Assembly: GCA_037444405.1 (NCBI GenBank)
Contig: JBBIML010000010.1
Location: forward strand, 1 to 64,000
DNA length: 64,000 nt
DNA from: Armatimonadota bacterium
GTDB lineage: Bacteria; Armatimonadota; Fimbriimonadia; Fimbriimonadales; GBS-DC
Direction of reading: 5' to 3'
Shown: one piece after another, positions 30,019-40,079 of the stretch
How the letters are laid out: every line of letters begins with the position of its first letter
Position numbering within the stretch: the first letter of the stretch is position 1
Made by a program: the position numbers and the translations under genes
The notes under the pieces: model-generated
The model's input: only the letters and a program-made list of their open reading frames with translations
Database searches by the model: none
Told to the model about the DNA's origin: nothing

Positions 30019-30750
30019 ATGCACGCGCTGGGCGATTGGGCGGTGCTGGAGCAGGTGGCGGGCTGGTTCCCGCTGAGCCTGGGGCAGCGTGCCGCCCTTG
30101 AACGCTATCTGCAGTTGCTCTATGAAGCCAATCAGCGGTTCAACCTGACACGCGTGCCCCCTGAAGAAGCCGTCGGACGCCATCTGGTCGATTCGCTGGT
30201 GCTGCTTTCGGTCGACACGCCGCCGGAAGGCGCGCGCCTGCTGGACATCGGCACGGGCGGCGGCTTGCCCGGAATCCCGCTCAAAATCGCCCGCCCCGAT
30301 CTGAATCTGGTGCTGCTCGATTCGCATGGCAGAACGGTCGCCTTTCTAAAGGAGGCATGCGAGCAGCTGGGCTTGAGCGGAACGGTGGTGGTGCAGGCAC
30401 GCGCGGAGGTGTGGGCGCACACACCGCAAGCCCGCGAGCAGTTCGACAGGGTGGTGGCGCGCGCCGTCGCGAAGATGCCCATTCTGGCGGAACTGATGCT
30501 GCCCTATGTGCGCGTCGGGGGCGTCGCGCTCGCCCTCAAAAGCGCAACGGAACGCGACGAGATCGAATCGGCGCGTCCCGCTGTTCATCTGCTCGGCGGC
30601 GAGCTGGAGATAGTGGAGCGCACGCTGGAGCTGGAGAGCGGCGCGGTCTCTCGCCTGATTGCGCGTATGCCGAAGCGGGCGCCGACCGATTCGCGCTACC
30701 CGCGCCGATGGAGCCAGATGAGCCGCCAGCCGCTGGGGGTGGCGCGATGA
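30019..30750 (+). CDS. rsmG: 16S rRNA m7G527 methyltransferase RsmG (GidB)
   Basis: NQRFNLT, HLVDSL, LDIGTGGGLPGIPL, RAE, ARAVA, YPR. Confidence 0.93.
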   Translation: MHALGDWAVLEQVAGWFPLSLGQRAALERYLQLLYEANQRFNLTRVPPEEAVGRHLVDSLVLLSVDTPPEGARLLDIGTGGGLPGIPLKIARPDLNLVLLDSHGRTVAFLKEACEQLGLSGTVVVQARAEVWAHTPQAREQFDRVVARAVAKMPILAELMLPYVRVGGVALALKSATERDEIESARPAVHLLGGELEIVERTLELESGAVSRLIARMPKRAPTDSRYPRRWSQMSRQPLGVAR

Positions 30751-31871
30751 AGATTGCCATCGATGCCCGCCTGCTGACAGGCGCCTACACGGGCGATCGC
30801 ACCTACTGGCGCGGGCTGCTCAAGGCGTTCGCGACGCTGATAGACCCCGCCGAGCATCGGCTGATTCTGTTCAGCACGCGCCCTGTGCCCGCCCATCTGC
30901 TGCCCGAATCGCCTCTGTATGAGTTCGTGGTGCTGCCCGCCCGCAACGAGCGCGTCTGGAGCCTGATTCGTTTCCCGCGCGCCGCCTGGCAATATGGCTG
31001 TGCCGTCGCCCATACCCAGTACAGCCTCTCGCCCCTTTTTCGCATCCCTGCCATCACCACCATCCACGATGTGTCGTTTCTGATTAACCCGCGCTGGTTC
31101 CCGCTCAAAGATCGGCTGTTGCTGCGGTTGAGCGTGCCCTATTCGTGTCGGAAGGCGGCGTGCGTGCTGACCGTTTCAGAGACCTCTCGCCGCGACATGA
31201 TTCGGCTGCTGAATCTGCCGCCCGAAAAGGTGGTGGCGACGCCGAACGGCTTGCCCGAAGGCTTCTATCCGATGGAGCGCGAGCAGGCGCAGGAATGGGT
31301 ACGCCAGCATTACGGAATTGAGCCGCCCTTTCTGCTCGCGGTGGGCGTGCTGCAGCCGCGAAAGAACTGGCTGCTAACCATAGAGGCGGTCGCCCTCGCC
31401 CGCGAATGGTCCGGCTTGCCGTTGAAATTGGTGCTGACAGGCAAGCCGGGCTGGGCACAGCGCGAGCTGGAGCATGCCAGACGCACGCTGATGGACGGCG
31501 ACTGGCTCATCCAAACAGGCTATGTGCCTGATGAGCATCTGGTGTGGCTCTACAACGCGGCTGAGATATTTCTCTACCCTTCCTTTTATGAGGGGTTCGG
31601 GCTGCCTCCGCTGGAGGCGATGGCGTGCGGCGCAGCGGTGATTGCTTCCAACGGCGGCGCACTGCCAGAGGTGGTGGGTTCTGGCGGGCTGCTGCTGCCT
31701 CCCGACCAGCCTGCGCAGTGGGCGCACGCGATTCTGACTCTTCTGCAAAACGAATCGTATCGCAGGGGTCTGCAAGCGCGCGCCCTGCAGCAAGCCAGCA
31801 CCTTCAGCTGGCAAACCACCGCTCAGCTCACCTATCAGGTTTACCTTCAGGCGGCAGAAGCACACGGATAA
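30747..31871 (+). CDS. Glycosyltransferase family 4
   Basis: MKIAIDAR, TIHDV, PRKN, YPSFYEGFGLPPLEAMACG. Confidence 0.93.
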   Translation: MKIAIDARLLTGAYTGDRTYWRGLLKAFATLIDPAEHRLILFSTRPVPAHLLPESPLYEFVVLPARNERVWSLIRFPRAAWQYGCAVAHTQYSLSPLFRIPAITTIHDVSFLINPRWFPLKDRLLLRLSVPYSCRKAACVLTVSETSRRDMIRLLNLPPEKVVATPNGLPEGFYPMEREQAQEWVRQHYGIEPPFLLAVGVLQPRKNWLLTIEAVALAREWSGLPLKLVLTGKPGWAQRELEHARRTLMDGDWLIQTGYVPDEHLVWLYNAAEIFLYPSFYEGFGLPPLEAMACGAAVIASNGGALPEVVGSGGLLLPPDQPAQWAHAILTLLQNESYRRGLQARALQQASTFSWQTTAQLTYQVYLQAAEAHG

Positions 31872-32021
31872 CCCGGCTCAGCAGCCCCATCCCTGTCAGC
31901 AATCCACCCAAACCACACAACCATCGACTCCCTCGCATTTGGAATCCACCTCCAGAGAGGGATTGGACCTGTCCGAACAGCCATCAGGTAGAATCGATAC
32001 CGCATTCATGGAGATGGCGTT

Positions 32022-32774
32022 ATGACACAACGCGACGCGGTGATAAGGGTGATGGAGGAAAACGGCGGCTACGCCACGCTTGTCTTTCTATACGAAAAAG
32101 CGTTGCAGGTGCCGGGTGTTAAGTGGAACACGAAAACACCCTACGCAACCATCTGCAGGATTGTTCAGGATTCAAGATTCTTTTTCAAGGTGAAGCCTGG
32201 GCTATGGGCGTTAAACTCCTGTAGAGATAAACTACCGCGCGAAATTATCTCTCTGCTCGACGAATCGGCAGAGGAAACAGAGAGAGCCGCGTCAGGCAGG
32301 CAGTCTGCCCACTCTTATTATCAGGGATTGCTTGTTCAGATTGGCAATTTTGAAGGATATGAGACATATGTGCCACCCCAGGATAGAAATAAAGTCGTTC
32401 CTGGCTTGAACCAGAAACTCGGCGAACTGATAAAGATATCTGATTTTCCATCGTTTACTTATCAGGATATATTGCAGAGAGTGAAATTTATTGATGTATT
32501 TTGGTTCAACAAAAGCGGATTTCCAGCGCGTGTTTTTGAAATAGAGAATACGACGGATTTTAGCCATGCTTTAGCCAGGTTTGTGGAGCTGCAGGACTTC
32601 AGGGTGCAGATGTATATTGTTGCTCCCAAAGAAAGATATCAGGAGTTTCAAGATAGGTTAGCATATCGAGCGTTCAATCCTGTCAAGAACAGCGTCTGCT
32701 TCCTTTCGTATGATGAAGTGGCGGTGTGGCATGAAAACTCTTATAAGTTGTATCGCACCCGACCTACTGGCTGA
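32022..32774 (+). CDS. N-terminal winged-HTH plus PD-(D/E)xK-like nuclease domain protein (putative restriction/defence enzyme), AT-rich
   Basis: HTH segment (AVIRVMEENGGYATL..KTPYATICRIVQ..PGLWAL); HSYYQGLL..IG, IDVFW, FEIE motifs; codon usage visibly AT-richer than neighbours. Confidence 0.6.
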   Translation: MTQRDAVIRVMEENGGYATLVFLYEKALQVPGVKWNTKTPYATICRIVQDSRFFFKVKPGLWALNSCRDKLPREIISLLDESAEETERAASGRQSAHSYYQGLLVQIGNFEGYETYVPPQDRNKVVPGLNQKLGELIKISDFPSFTYQDILQRVKFIDVFWFNKSGFPARVFEIENTTDFSHALARFVELQDFRVQMYIVAPKERYQEFQDRLAYRAFNPVKNSVCFLSYDEVAVWHENSYKLYRTRPTG

Positions 32775-32911
32775 AAAGCTGAGCGCGCTGCAGGGAAAGC
32801 ATGTTTGAAAGACAGGTGAGCGTCCATCCAGTGGCACTGTTTTCCAATGGGGTATAATCCCTGTTGGCTCTCGCTGGGGAGAGCCAGACACTGAGCGAGG
32901 AGGTGAGTTTG

Positions 32912-33994
32912 ATGGACTTTATGCCGATTCGGCGAATCGACCATGTGCGCTTCTTCGTGAGCAACGCGAAGCAAGCGGCGTACTTCTATCGCACCATGTT
33001 CGGCTTCGATGTGGTGGCGTACGCGGGACTGGAGACCGGTGTTCGACATGAAGCCTCCTATGTGCTGCAGCAGAATGAGATCCGCTTCGTTATCACCGCG
33101 CCTTACAAGGGCGATCATCCCAAAGCCGACTGGCTGGTGAAGCATGGCGACGGCGTGTGCGATGTCGCCTTCGAGGTGGAGGATGTCGCCCACGCCTACA
33201 GCGAGGCGGTGCGACGCGGCGCACGCGGCTGTCAGGAGCCAACCGTCATTAAGGATGACGACGGCGAGGTGCATCTGGCTTCCATCCACACCTACGGCGA
33301 TGTGATCCACACCTTCATCAACCGCGACCGCTATAAGGGCGTCTTCATGCCAGGCTTCAGGGAGATGTACGAACCCGGCGAGCCTATCGGCGTGAAGGAG
33401 ATCGACCATATCGTCGGCAATGTGGAACTCGGCAAGATGAACTACTGGGTCGACTTCTATCGCGAGGTGATGGGCTTCGAGCTGCTGGTTCACTTCTCTG
33501 ACCAGGACATCAGCACCGAGTATTCCGCGCTGATGTCGAAGGTGGTGCAGGACGGTCGTGGCAAGATCAAACTGCCCATCAACGAGCCTGCCGAAGGACG
33601 CCGCAAATCGCAGATCGAGGAGTATCTGGAGTACAACGCTGGACCGGGCGTCCAGCATATCGCCCTGCTGACCGACAACATCCTTGAGACGATGCGCCAC
33701 CTGCGAGCGCGCGGAATGAAGTTCATCTATGTGCCGCAGACCTATTATGAGGACCTGCCGAACCGTGTCGGCATGATCGACGAGGACATTCGGGCGCTGG
33801 CGGAGCTGGGCATCCTGGTCGACCGCGACGAGGAGGGCTATCTGCTGCAGACCTTCACCAAGACGGTGCAGGATCGCCCGACGCTCTTCTTTGAGATTAT
33901 CCAGCGCAAGGGTTCGCGCGGCTTCGGCAAGGGCAACTTCAAGGCGCTCTTCGAAGCCATCGAGCGCGAGCAGGCACTGCGCGGGAATCTGTGA
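32912..33994 (+). CDS. hppD: 4-hydroxyphenylpyruvate dioxygenase
   Basis: HGDGV, IDHIVGNV, PINEP, SQIEEYL, GVQHIAL, FFEIIQR, GFGKGNFKALFEAIE. Confidence 0.97.
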   Translation: MDFMPIRRIDHVRFFVSNAKQAAYFYRTMFGFDVVAYAGLETGVRHEASYVLQQNEIRFVITAPYKGDHPKADWLVKHGDGVCDVAFEVEDVAHAYSEAVRRGARGCQEPTVIKDDDGEVHLASIHTYGDVIHTFINRDRYKGVFMPGFREMYEPGEPIGVKEIDHIVGNVELGKMNYWVDFYREVMGFELLVHFSDQDISTEYSALMSKVVQDGRGKIKLPINEPAEGRRKSQIEEYLEYNAGPGVQHIALLTDNILETMRHLRARGMKFIYVPQTYYEDLPNRVGMIDEDIRALAELGILVDRDEEGYLLQTFTKTVQDRPTLFFEIIQRKGSRGFGKGNFKALFEAIEREQALRGNL

Positions 33995-33996
33995 AG

Positions 33997-35733
33997 ATGA
34001 TCACGCTGGCGGAGCGCGGGCGAGCAAAGATGCCAATCCTGGTTCAGGTGGGTGCAACGCCCGCTGAACGCCATGCAGCGGACGAGCTGCGCCTGCACCT
34101 TGACCAGATCACGGGCGCATCGTTTGAGCTGCGGGAGGTGGTCCCTGCAAACCTGCCTCCCGCAGCAATTATTGTTGGCGTGGGCGAGGTCGCGCGGCGA
34201 CTCTTCCCGAATGTGGCGTGGGACAGCCTGGGCGGCGAGGAGGTGGTGATGCGCACGCGCGAACGCTATCTCTTGCTGACGGGCGGGCGACCGCGCGGCA
34301 CGCTCTATGCCGTCTATCGCTTCCTGCACACCTTCTGCGGCGTGCGCTGGTGGACGCCGTGGGCAAGCACCATCCCGCGCCGACGCACCCTGCGAATCCC
34401 CGCGCTGAACATCAACGAACAGCCCGCTTTCGAGTATCGCGAGCCGTTCTGGTATCACACCTTTGACGGCGACTGGGCGGCTCGCAACTACTATAACGGG
34501 CATCACGCCCGCCTTGACGAGACGCGCGGCGGCAAAATTCAATATGTGGGCTTCGTGCATACCTTCTACGCGCTCGTGCCCCCACAGGAATACTTTCCCC
34601 GACATCCTGAATGGTTCAGCCTTATCGACGGCAAGCGCCAGTGGGAGCGCGCCCAGCTTTGCACCACGAATCCCCAGCTGCGGGCGTTTCTGGTGGAGCG
34701 CGTGCGCGAATGGCTGAAGGCGAACCCGCAGGCAAGCATCGTGTCCATCTCCCAGAACGACTGGACAGGCGCGTGCCAGTGCGACGCCTGCCGCGCCATC
34801 GACGAGCGGGAGGGCACGCCCGCCGCTTCAGTGCTGACGATGGTCAACTATATCGCCGAGCAGCTGGAGCGGGAGTTCCCATCGGTCGCCTTCGATACGC
34901 TGGCGTACTGGTACACGCGCCGCGCACCCAGAACGATCCGCCCGCGCCCGAATGTGATTGTGCGCCTCTGCTCCATCGAGTGCAACTTCGCGCAACCGCT
35001 GGAGCATCCGAGCAATGCCGAGTTCGCCCGCGACATCCGCGACTGGAGCCGACTGACCAATCGCCTCTATGTGTGGGACTACACCACCAACTTCGCCCAC
35101 TACATCATGCCGCATCCGAACTGGTTCTCGCTCGGACCGAATGTGCGCTTCTTTCATCGGCACGGCGTGCGCGGGCTGTTCGAGCAGGGCGCGTATCAGT
35201 CGCATGGCGCGGAGATGGCGGAGCTGCGCGCGTGGGTGCTGGCGCAACTGCTGTGGAACCCCTATCAGGACGACCGCCAGCTGATTGACGAGTTTCTGCG
35301 CGGCTATTATGGCGGAGCCGCTCGCTCCATTCGCGACTATATGCGCCTGATGCACGAGGCGGCGGAGGAGTTCTATATGGGCTGTTTCACGGCGCCCGAC
35401 AAAGCGCCCTATCTGCGCTATGCGGTGCTATCGCGCGCCGAGCAGTTATGGGAGCGCGCGGAGCGGGCGGTGCGCAATAATCCCGACCTGCGCTGGCGCG
35501 TGCAGATTGCGCGACTGCCTCTCTGGTACGCCTGGCTGGTCAACTGGGATCGCCTCCGTCAGGAGTGCGAGCAATCGGGCGCGAAATGGGTGATGCCCCT
35601 CACCAGACAGCAACTGGCGCAAAGATGGCTGGAGATAGCCACCGGCGACGGTCCCCGGGGCTGGTCGCGCATCACCCATGTGAACGAGGGCGGGCTGACC
35701 CCTGAAAAGTTCGTGGAGGGGCTAAGAGGTTAG
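33997..35733 (+). CDS. DUF4838 domain protein (glycoside hydrolase-like)
   Basis: AADEL..L.QITG, RGTLYAVYRFL..GVRWW, PAFEYRE, HTF..LVP..YF..HPEWF, QLCTTNP, CQCDAC. Confidence 0.8.
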   Translation: MITLAERGRAKMPILVQVGATPAERHAADELRLHLDQITGASFELREVVPANLPPAAIIVGVGEVARRLFPNVAWDSLGGEEVVMRTRERYLLLTGGRPRGTLYAVYRFLHTFCGVRWWTPWASTIPRRRTLRIPALNINEQPAFEYREPFWYHTFDGDWAARNYYNGHHARLDETRGGKIQYVGFVHTFYALVPPQEYFPRHPEWFSLIDGKRQWERAQLCTTNPQLRAFLVERVREWLKANPQASIVSISQNDWTGACQCDACRAIDEREGTPAASVLTMVNYIAEQLEREFPSVAFDTLAYWYTRRAPRTIRPRPNVIVRLCSIECNFAQPLEHPSNAEFARDIRDWSRLTNRLYVWDYTTNFAHYIMPHPNWFSLGPNVRFFHRHGVRGLFEQGAYQSHGAEMAELRAWVLAQLLWNPYQDDRQLIDEFLRGYYGGAARSIRDYMRLMHEAAEEFYMGCFTAPDKAPYLRYAVLSRAEQLWERAERAVRNNPDLRWRVQIARLPLWYAWLVNWDRLRQECEQSGAKWVMPLTRQQLAQRWLEIATGDGPRGWSRITHVNEGGLTPEKFVEGLRG

Positions 35734-35829
35734 TCTTTTCCGCCCTTTGCGACACCAGCCTATCCTGATTGACAGGAGGCTCTAACTCCCCCTGTGGACA
35801 GCCACTGCCGAACTGGAACTTATATCTAT

Positions 35830-35873
35830 TATCTCATGCGCTATCATCTTCTATCTCATGCGCTATCATCTTC
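35830..35873. repeat. Exact 22-bp tandem duplication (TATCTCATGCGCTATCATCTTC x2) spanning the pckA stop codon
   Basis: Copies at 35830-35851 and 35852-35873. Confidence 0.92.
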
Positions 35874-37442
35874 ATCGGCGGGGATGATGCGTTCCAGATG
35901 GGCGTGCATCTGCTCCGCCAGCCAGTGCGCCTTCTGGTCATAAGCGGCTTTGTCCTGCCAGGTGTCGCGCGGGTTCAGCAGCTCGGCGGGCACATCGGGG
36001 CAGGCGGTGGGCACCTCCAGATCGAAGATGGGGTCTTTGTGGTAGGGCACGGCGTCGAGGGCACCCTGCATCGCTGCCCGAATCATCGCGCGGGTGTAGC
36101 GGATGGGGATTCGCGTGCCGACGCCGTACGCGCCGCCCGTCCAGCCCGTGTTGACCAGCCACGCCTGCGCGGTGTGGCGCTCCAGCCGCTCGCCCAGCAT
36201 CTGCGCGTAGCGGCTCGGATGCATCGGCAGGAACGGTGCACCGAAGCACGCACTGAAGGTCATCTGCGGCTCGGTGATGCCCCGCTCCGTGCCCGCCACC
36301 TTTGCCGTGTAGCCCAGTAAAAACATCTCCATCGCCTGCTCGATGCTCAATCGGCTGATTGGCGGCAACACGCCAAACGCATCGCATGCCAGGAAAAACA
36401 GATGCTGGGGATGACCCGCCACGCTCGGGATCACCGCGTTCGCGATATAGTCCAGTGGGTACGCCGCGCGCGTGTTCTCGGTGATGGAGTCGTCGTCATA
36501 GTTCGGCTCGCGCGTTTCGGGATCCACCACCACATTCTCCACCACACTGCCAAACCGAATGGCGTTCCAGATTTGCGGTTCGTTCTCGCGCGAGAGCCGA
36601 ATGCACTTGGCGTAGCAGCCCCCTTCGAAGTTGAAGATGCCGTCGTCGGTCCAGCCGTGTTCGTCATCGCCGACGAGTCGGCGTTGCGGGTCCGCGGAGA
36701 GCGAGGTTTTGCCCGTGCCGCTCAGCCCGAAAAAGAGCGCGACATCGCCTGATGCGCCTACATTCGCCGAGCAGTGCATCGGAAAGACGCCCCGCAACGG
36801 CAGCAGAAAGTTCATCACCGTGAAGATAGATTTTTTAATCTCACCCGCATACGCCGTGCCTGCAATCAGCACGAGGCGCCGCCGAAAGTCGAGCGCAATC
36901 ACCACCTCGCTACGCGTGCCATCAATCGCGGGGTCGGTCTTGAAGCCCGGCGCCGACAGCACGGTGAACGCGGGACGAAAATTCGCCAGCTCTTCACGCG
37001 CAGGGCGGATAAAAAGCTGTTTGGCGAACAGACTGTGCCAGGCATATTCGGTGATGACGCGCACGGGCAGGCGGTAGCGCGGATCTGCGCCGGCGAAGCA
37101 GTCCTGCACATAGAGCGGGCGATTGCACAGGTACGCCGTGACGCGCATCAGCAGCGCCTCAAAGACGGCTGGCTCCATTCGCTGATTGACCGCGCCCCAG
37201 TCGATAAGCGACTCATATTCGGGGCGAGCCACCACGAACTTGTCTCTGGGGGAGCGTCCCGTGTATCTGCCCGTGCGCACCACGAGGGAGCCGTTCGAAG
37301 CTAACTGCGCCTCCCCACGCATCACTGCATGCTCCACCAGCGCCGCCACCGAAAGATTGTGATAAAGGGGTGCCGCCTGACCCAGTAACTGGTCGATTTG
37401 CGGGTTGTCCACCACCTGCGCCATTTCGATCTCGGTTAGCAT
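35856..37442 (-). CDS. pckA: Phosphoenolpyruvate carboxykinase (ATP)
   Basis: [56 protein letters not shown]. Confidence 0.98.
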   Translation of the reverse strand: MLTEIEMAQVVDNPQIDQLLGQAAPLYHNLSVAALVEHAVMRGEAQLASNGSLVVRTGRYTGRSPRDKFVVARPEYESLIDWGAVNQRMEPAVFEALLMRVTAYLCNRPLYVQDCFAGADPRYRLPVRVITEYAWHSLFAKQLFIRPAREELANFRPAFTVLSAPGFKTDPAIDGTRSEVVIALDFRRRLVLIAGTAYAGEIKKSIFTVMNFLLPLRGVFPMHCSANVGASGDVALFFGLSGTGKTSLSADPQRRLVGDDEHGWTDDGIFNFEGGCYAKCIRLSRENEPQIWNAIRFGSVVENVVVDPETREPNYDDDSITENTRAAYPLDYIANAVIPSVAGHPQHLFFLACDAFGVLPPISRLSIEQAMEMFLLGYTAKVAGTERGITEPQMTFSACFGAPFLPMHPSRYAQMLGERLERHTAQAWLVNTGWTGGAYGVGTRIPIRYTRAMIRAAMQGALDAVPYHKDPIFDLEVPTACPDVPAELLNPRDTWQDKAAYDQKAHWLAEQMHAHLERIIPADEDDSA

Positions 37443-37624
37443 CGCTCCATTCCTCCAGTGTAGCTCGGCTTTGAGTGGGGGCGAACGCTCCGCCCCACGA
37501 TGCCTGCTGCCGCCTTGCAGACCACAGCAAGTATACCCCAGTCGAGGGGGGTAGACTCTTTGCATGAGCCTTGAGGAGCGATGGTGGACGGCGCTGGAAG
37601 CGCTGTGGCGGGCGGTGCAGAGCG

Positions 37625-37870
37625 ATGGCGACCTACCGCTGGGATGAGTTGAAAGCGCGGCATCGGCAGGTGCATCAGATATTGTTGCGCAACGGCAGTT
37701 TGAAGCGGCTGCCCCGCACGCGCCCGCGCGACCCTAACGAGGAAGCCCTGCTCATTCAGATTGCCGTTCAGCGCATTCGGCGCGCCCGCGCCGAAGGGTG
37801 GCTGATCCGATGCGGCGACCGGCGCTGGCGCCTGTGCTTCGACAAAAGCCCCCATCAGGGGGTACAATAA
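37625..37870 (+). CDS. Small basic hypothetical protein
   Basis: 81-aa ORF ([10 protein letters not shown]..) filling the pckA-dnaN gap; no motif recognised. Confidence 0.4.
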   Translation: MATYRWDELKARHRQVHQILLRNGSLKRLPRTRPRDPNEEALLIQIAVQRIRRARAEGWLIRCGDRRWRLCFDKSPHQGVQ

Positions 37871-37896
37871 TCCCCACAGAGGAGAGGAGGACACGG

Positions 37897-38985
37897 ATGA
37901 AACTGCAATGCAATCGGAAGCAGCTGGATGATGCACTGAGCGTTGTGGCGCCGGCGGCGGCAACCCGCTCCACTTTGCCAATCTTGAGCCACCTCTATCT
38001 GGAGGCTCAGGACGACAGCCTGCGCCTGATCGGGAGCGACCTCGAACAGTGGGTTGAGTGCCGAATCCCCGCGATTGTGGGCGAGACGGGCGCCACTACC
38101 GTCAGCGCGAAGCTCATCGCCGACCTGATCGGCTCGCTCAACACCGAGGAGGTCAATCTGGAAACGGGCGATCGCAACCAGCTGATTGTTCAGGCGGGTG
38201 AATCGCGCTATCAGCTGGTGGGGCTGCCCGCTGACCAGTACCCGCCTGTGCCAGAGCTGGAAGACAGCACCCAGATTGTTGTGCCCGCGCCGCTCTTTCG
38301 CGAGATGGTCGACTCGGTGGAGTTCGCCGTCTCCCGCGAGGAGGTGCGCCTGACCCTGACGGGCATCCGCATGGAGTATAGCGGCGCGAACCTGCGCATG
38401 GTGGCGACCGACACGCATCGGCTGGCGGTGCGCGACGCCGAGATTGGCGGCGACGGCGAGCCAGTCAGCGCGATTGTGCCCCTCAAGGCGATTCAGCTCC
38501 TGCCCCGTTTGCCCGCCTCCGAGACCTTCACCATCCAGCTGGGCACGCAGCGAGCCGCCTTCTACGGCGAGAACGCCAGCGTCGTCACCCAGCTCATCGA
38601 GGGGCAGTACCCGAACTATCAGCGGGTCATCCCGCAGGAGTACACGCGCCGCTGGGTGCTGATGGTCGACGAGTTCCGCGATGCGCTGCGCCGCGCCTAC
38701 CTCATCGCCAAAAGCAACGCGAACAAGGTCTACCTGCGCACCGAGGGCGAGAAGCTGGTCATCACCGCGCAGGGCGACGCCGGCGAGGCGAAGGAAGCCG
38801 TCGATCTGGTGCGTGAGGGTGACGACCTCGAAATCGCCTTCAACGCCCGCTACCTGCTCGATGTGCTGGAGGTGCTGGAGAGCGAGGGCGTCGCCATCGA
38901 ACTCACGGAGGCGTTGCGACCCGCCGTGTTCAAGCCTGCCGACCGCAGCGACTACCTGTGCGTGATTATGCCGATGGCGCTGTGA
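37897..38985 (+). CDS. dnaN: DNA polymerase III beta sliding clamp
   Basis: TLPILS, VATDTHRLA, LIEGQYPNYQRVIP, IAFNARYLLD, VIMPM. Confidence 0.96.
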   Translation: MKLQCNRKQLDDALSVVAPAAATRSTLPILSHLYLEAQDDSLRLIGSDLEQWVECRIPAIVGETGATTVSAKLIADLIGSLNTEEVNLETGDRNQLIVQAGESRYQLVGLPADQYPPVPELEDSTQIVVPAPLFREMVDSVEFAVSREEVRLTLTGIRMEYSGANLRMVATDTHRLAVRDAEIGGDGEPVSAIVPLKAIQLLPRLPASETFTIQLGTQRAAFYGENASVVTQLIEGQYPNYQRVIPQEYTRRWVLMVDEFRDALRRAYLIAKSNANKVYLRTEGEKLVITAQGDAGEAKEAVDLVREGDDLEIAFNARYLLDVLEVLESEGVAIELTEALRPAVFKPADRSDYLCVIMPMAL

Positions 38986-40079
38986 TGGAGCCTGTTATCG
39001 ATCTGGGGCGGGTGCAGCGGCTGCTGATCCTGAAGGTCTCCTCGATGGGCGATATCGTGCATGCGTCGCCCGTCGCCGCCGCGCTGAAGCGGGCTTACCC
39101 ACACCTGATCATCGGCTGGGTGGTGGAAGACCGCTACGCGGGCGTGATCGCCGATTCGCCCTGCATCGATCGGCTCCATATCGTGCCGTGCCGCCTGCTG
39201 CGCGAGCGTCCGTTTCGCCGCGAGTGGTGGCGAGCCGTCCGCCAGCTCATCGGCGAGATTCGCGCCGAGCGGTATCAGGTCGCGCTGGACCTGCAGGGTC
39301 TGCTCAAAAGTGCCCTCTGGGGCGTGCTGGGCGGTGTGCCCATGCGATTCGGGGCGCACCGCATGCGCGAGGGCACGCCCCTGCTGATGAAACGCCTGCC
39401 CATCCCCGACCGACCCGACTGGCATGTGGTGCTGCAATATCTGGAGGCGGTCCGCTGGCTGGGCGTGGAGCCTGCCCTGCCCGTGGAGTTCCCGCTGGTC
39501 ATTCCTGAAGAAGCGCATCAGAGCGCGCGGGCGATGCTCCAACAGGTGGGCGCGACGGGCGCCTTCATCTCACTGAACCCCTCCGCAGGCAGGGAGTGGA
39601 AACGCTGGGCGATTGAAAAGTTCGCCGATCTGTCCGACCGCATCGAAGCCGAGCTGGAGCTGCCCGCCGTGTTCATCGGCGGCGCGAGCGATAAACCGTT
39701 AGAAGAGAAGCTGCGCACGCTCAAAAAACGCCCGCTGCGCAGTCTCATCGGGCGCACCACGCTCAAGCAGGCAATGGCGGTCGTGACTCAATCGGCACTC
39801 CATCTATCTGGCGACACGGGCACAGCGCATATCGCGGCGGCGTTCGGCACGCCCTGCGTCGCGCTCTACGGACCCACCAGCCCCGACCGCACAGGTCCGT
39901 TCGGGCAGCGCGAGCGCGTGCTGTACAAACGCCCTCTGTGCCGCCAGTGCCCACCCGACCGCTGCCTGGCGCACGAATGCCTGCAGTGGATTACGGTGGA
40001 CGAGGTGCTGGAGCGCGTGCGCCAGACCCTGCACTGTGCCACGCCAATCCACTCGCAAGCCCCCATTGAACCGCCATGA
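38985..40079 (+). CDS. Glycosyltransferase family 9 (LPS heptosyltransferase-like)
   Basis: KVSSMGDIVH, DLQGLLKSA, KRW, SGDTGTAHIAAA, LYGPT. Confidence 0.92.
   Translation: MEPVIDLGRVQRLLILKVSSMGDIVHASPVAAALKRAYPHLIIGWVVEDRYAGVIADSPCIDRLHIVPCRLLRERPFRREWWRAVRQLIGEIRAERYQVALDLQGLLKSALWGVLGGVPMRFGAHRMREGTPLLMKRLPIPDRPDWHVVLQYLEAVRWLGVEPALPVEFPLVIPEEAHQSARAMLQQVGATGAFISLNPSAGREWKRWAIEKFADLSDRIEAELELPAVFIGGASDKPLEEKLRTLKKRPLRSLIGRTTLKQAMAVVTQSALHLSGDTGTAHIAAAFGTPCVALYGPTSPDRTGPFGQRERVLYKRPLCRQCPPDRCLAHECLQWITVDEVLERVRQTLHCATPIHSQAPIEPP

Noticed and set aside
37443..37897. Replication origin upstream of dnaN
   Set aside because: No dnaA, no TTATCCACA box cluster, no AT-rich unwinding element
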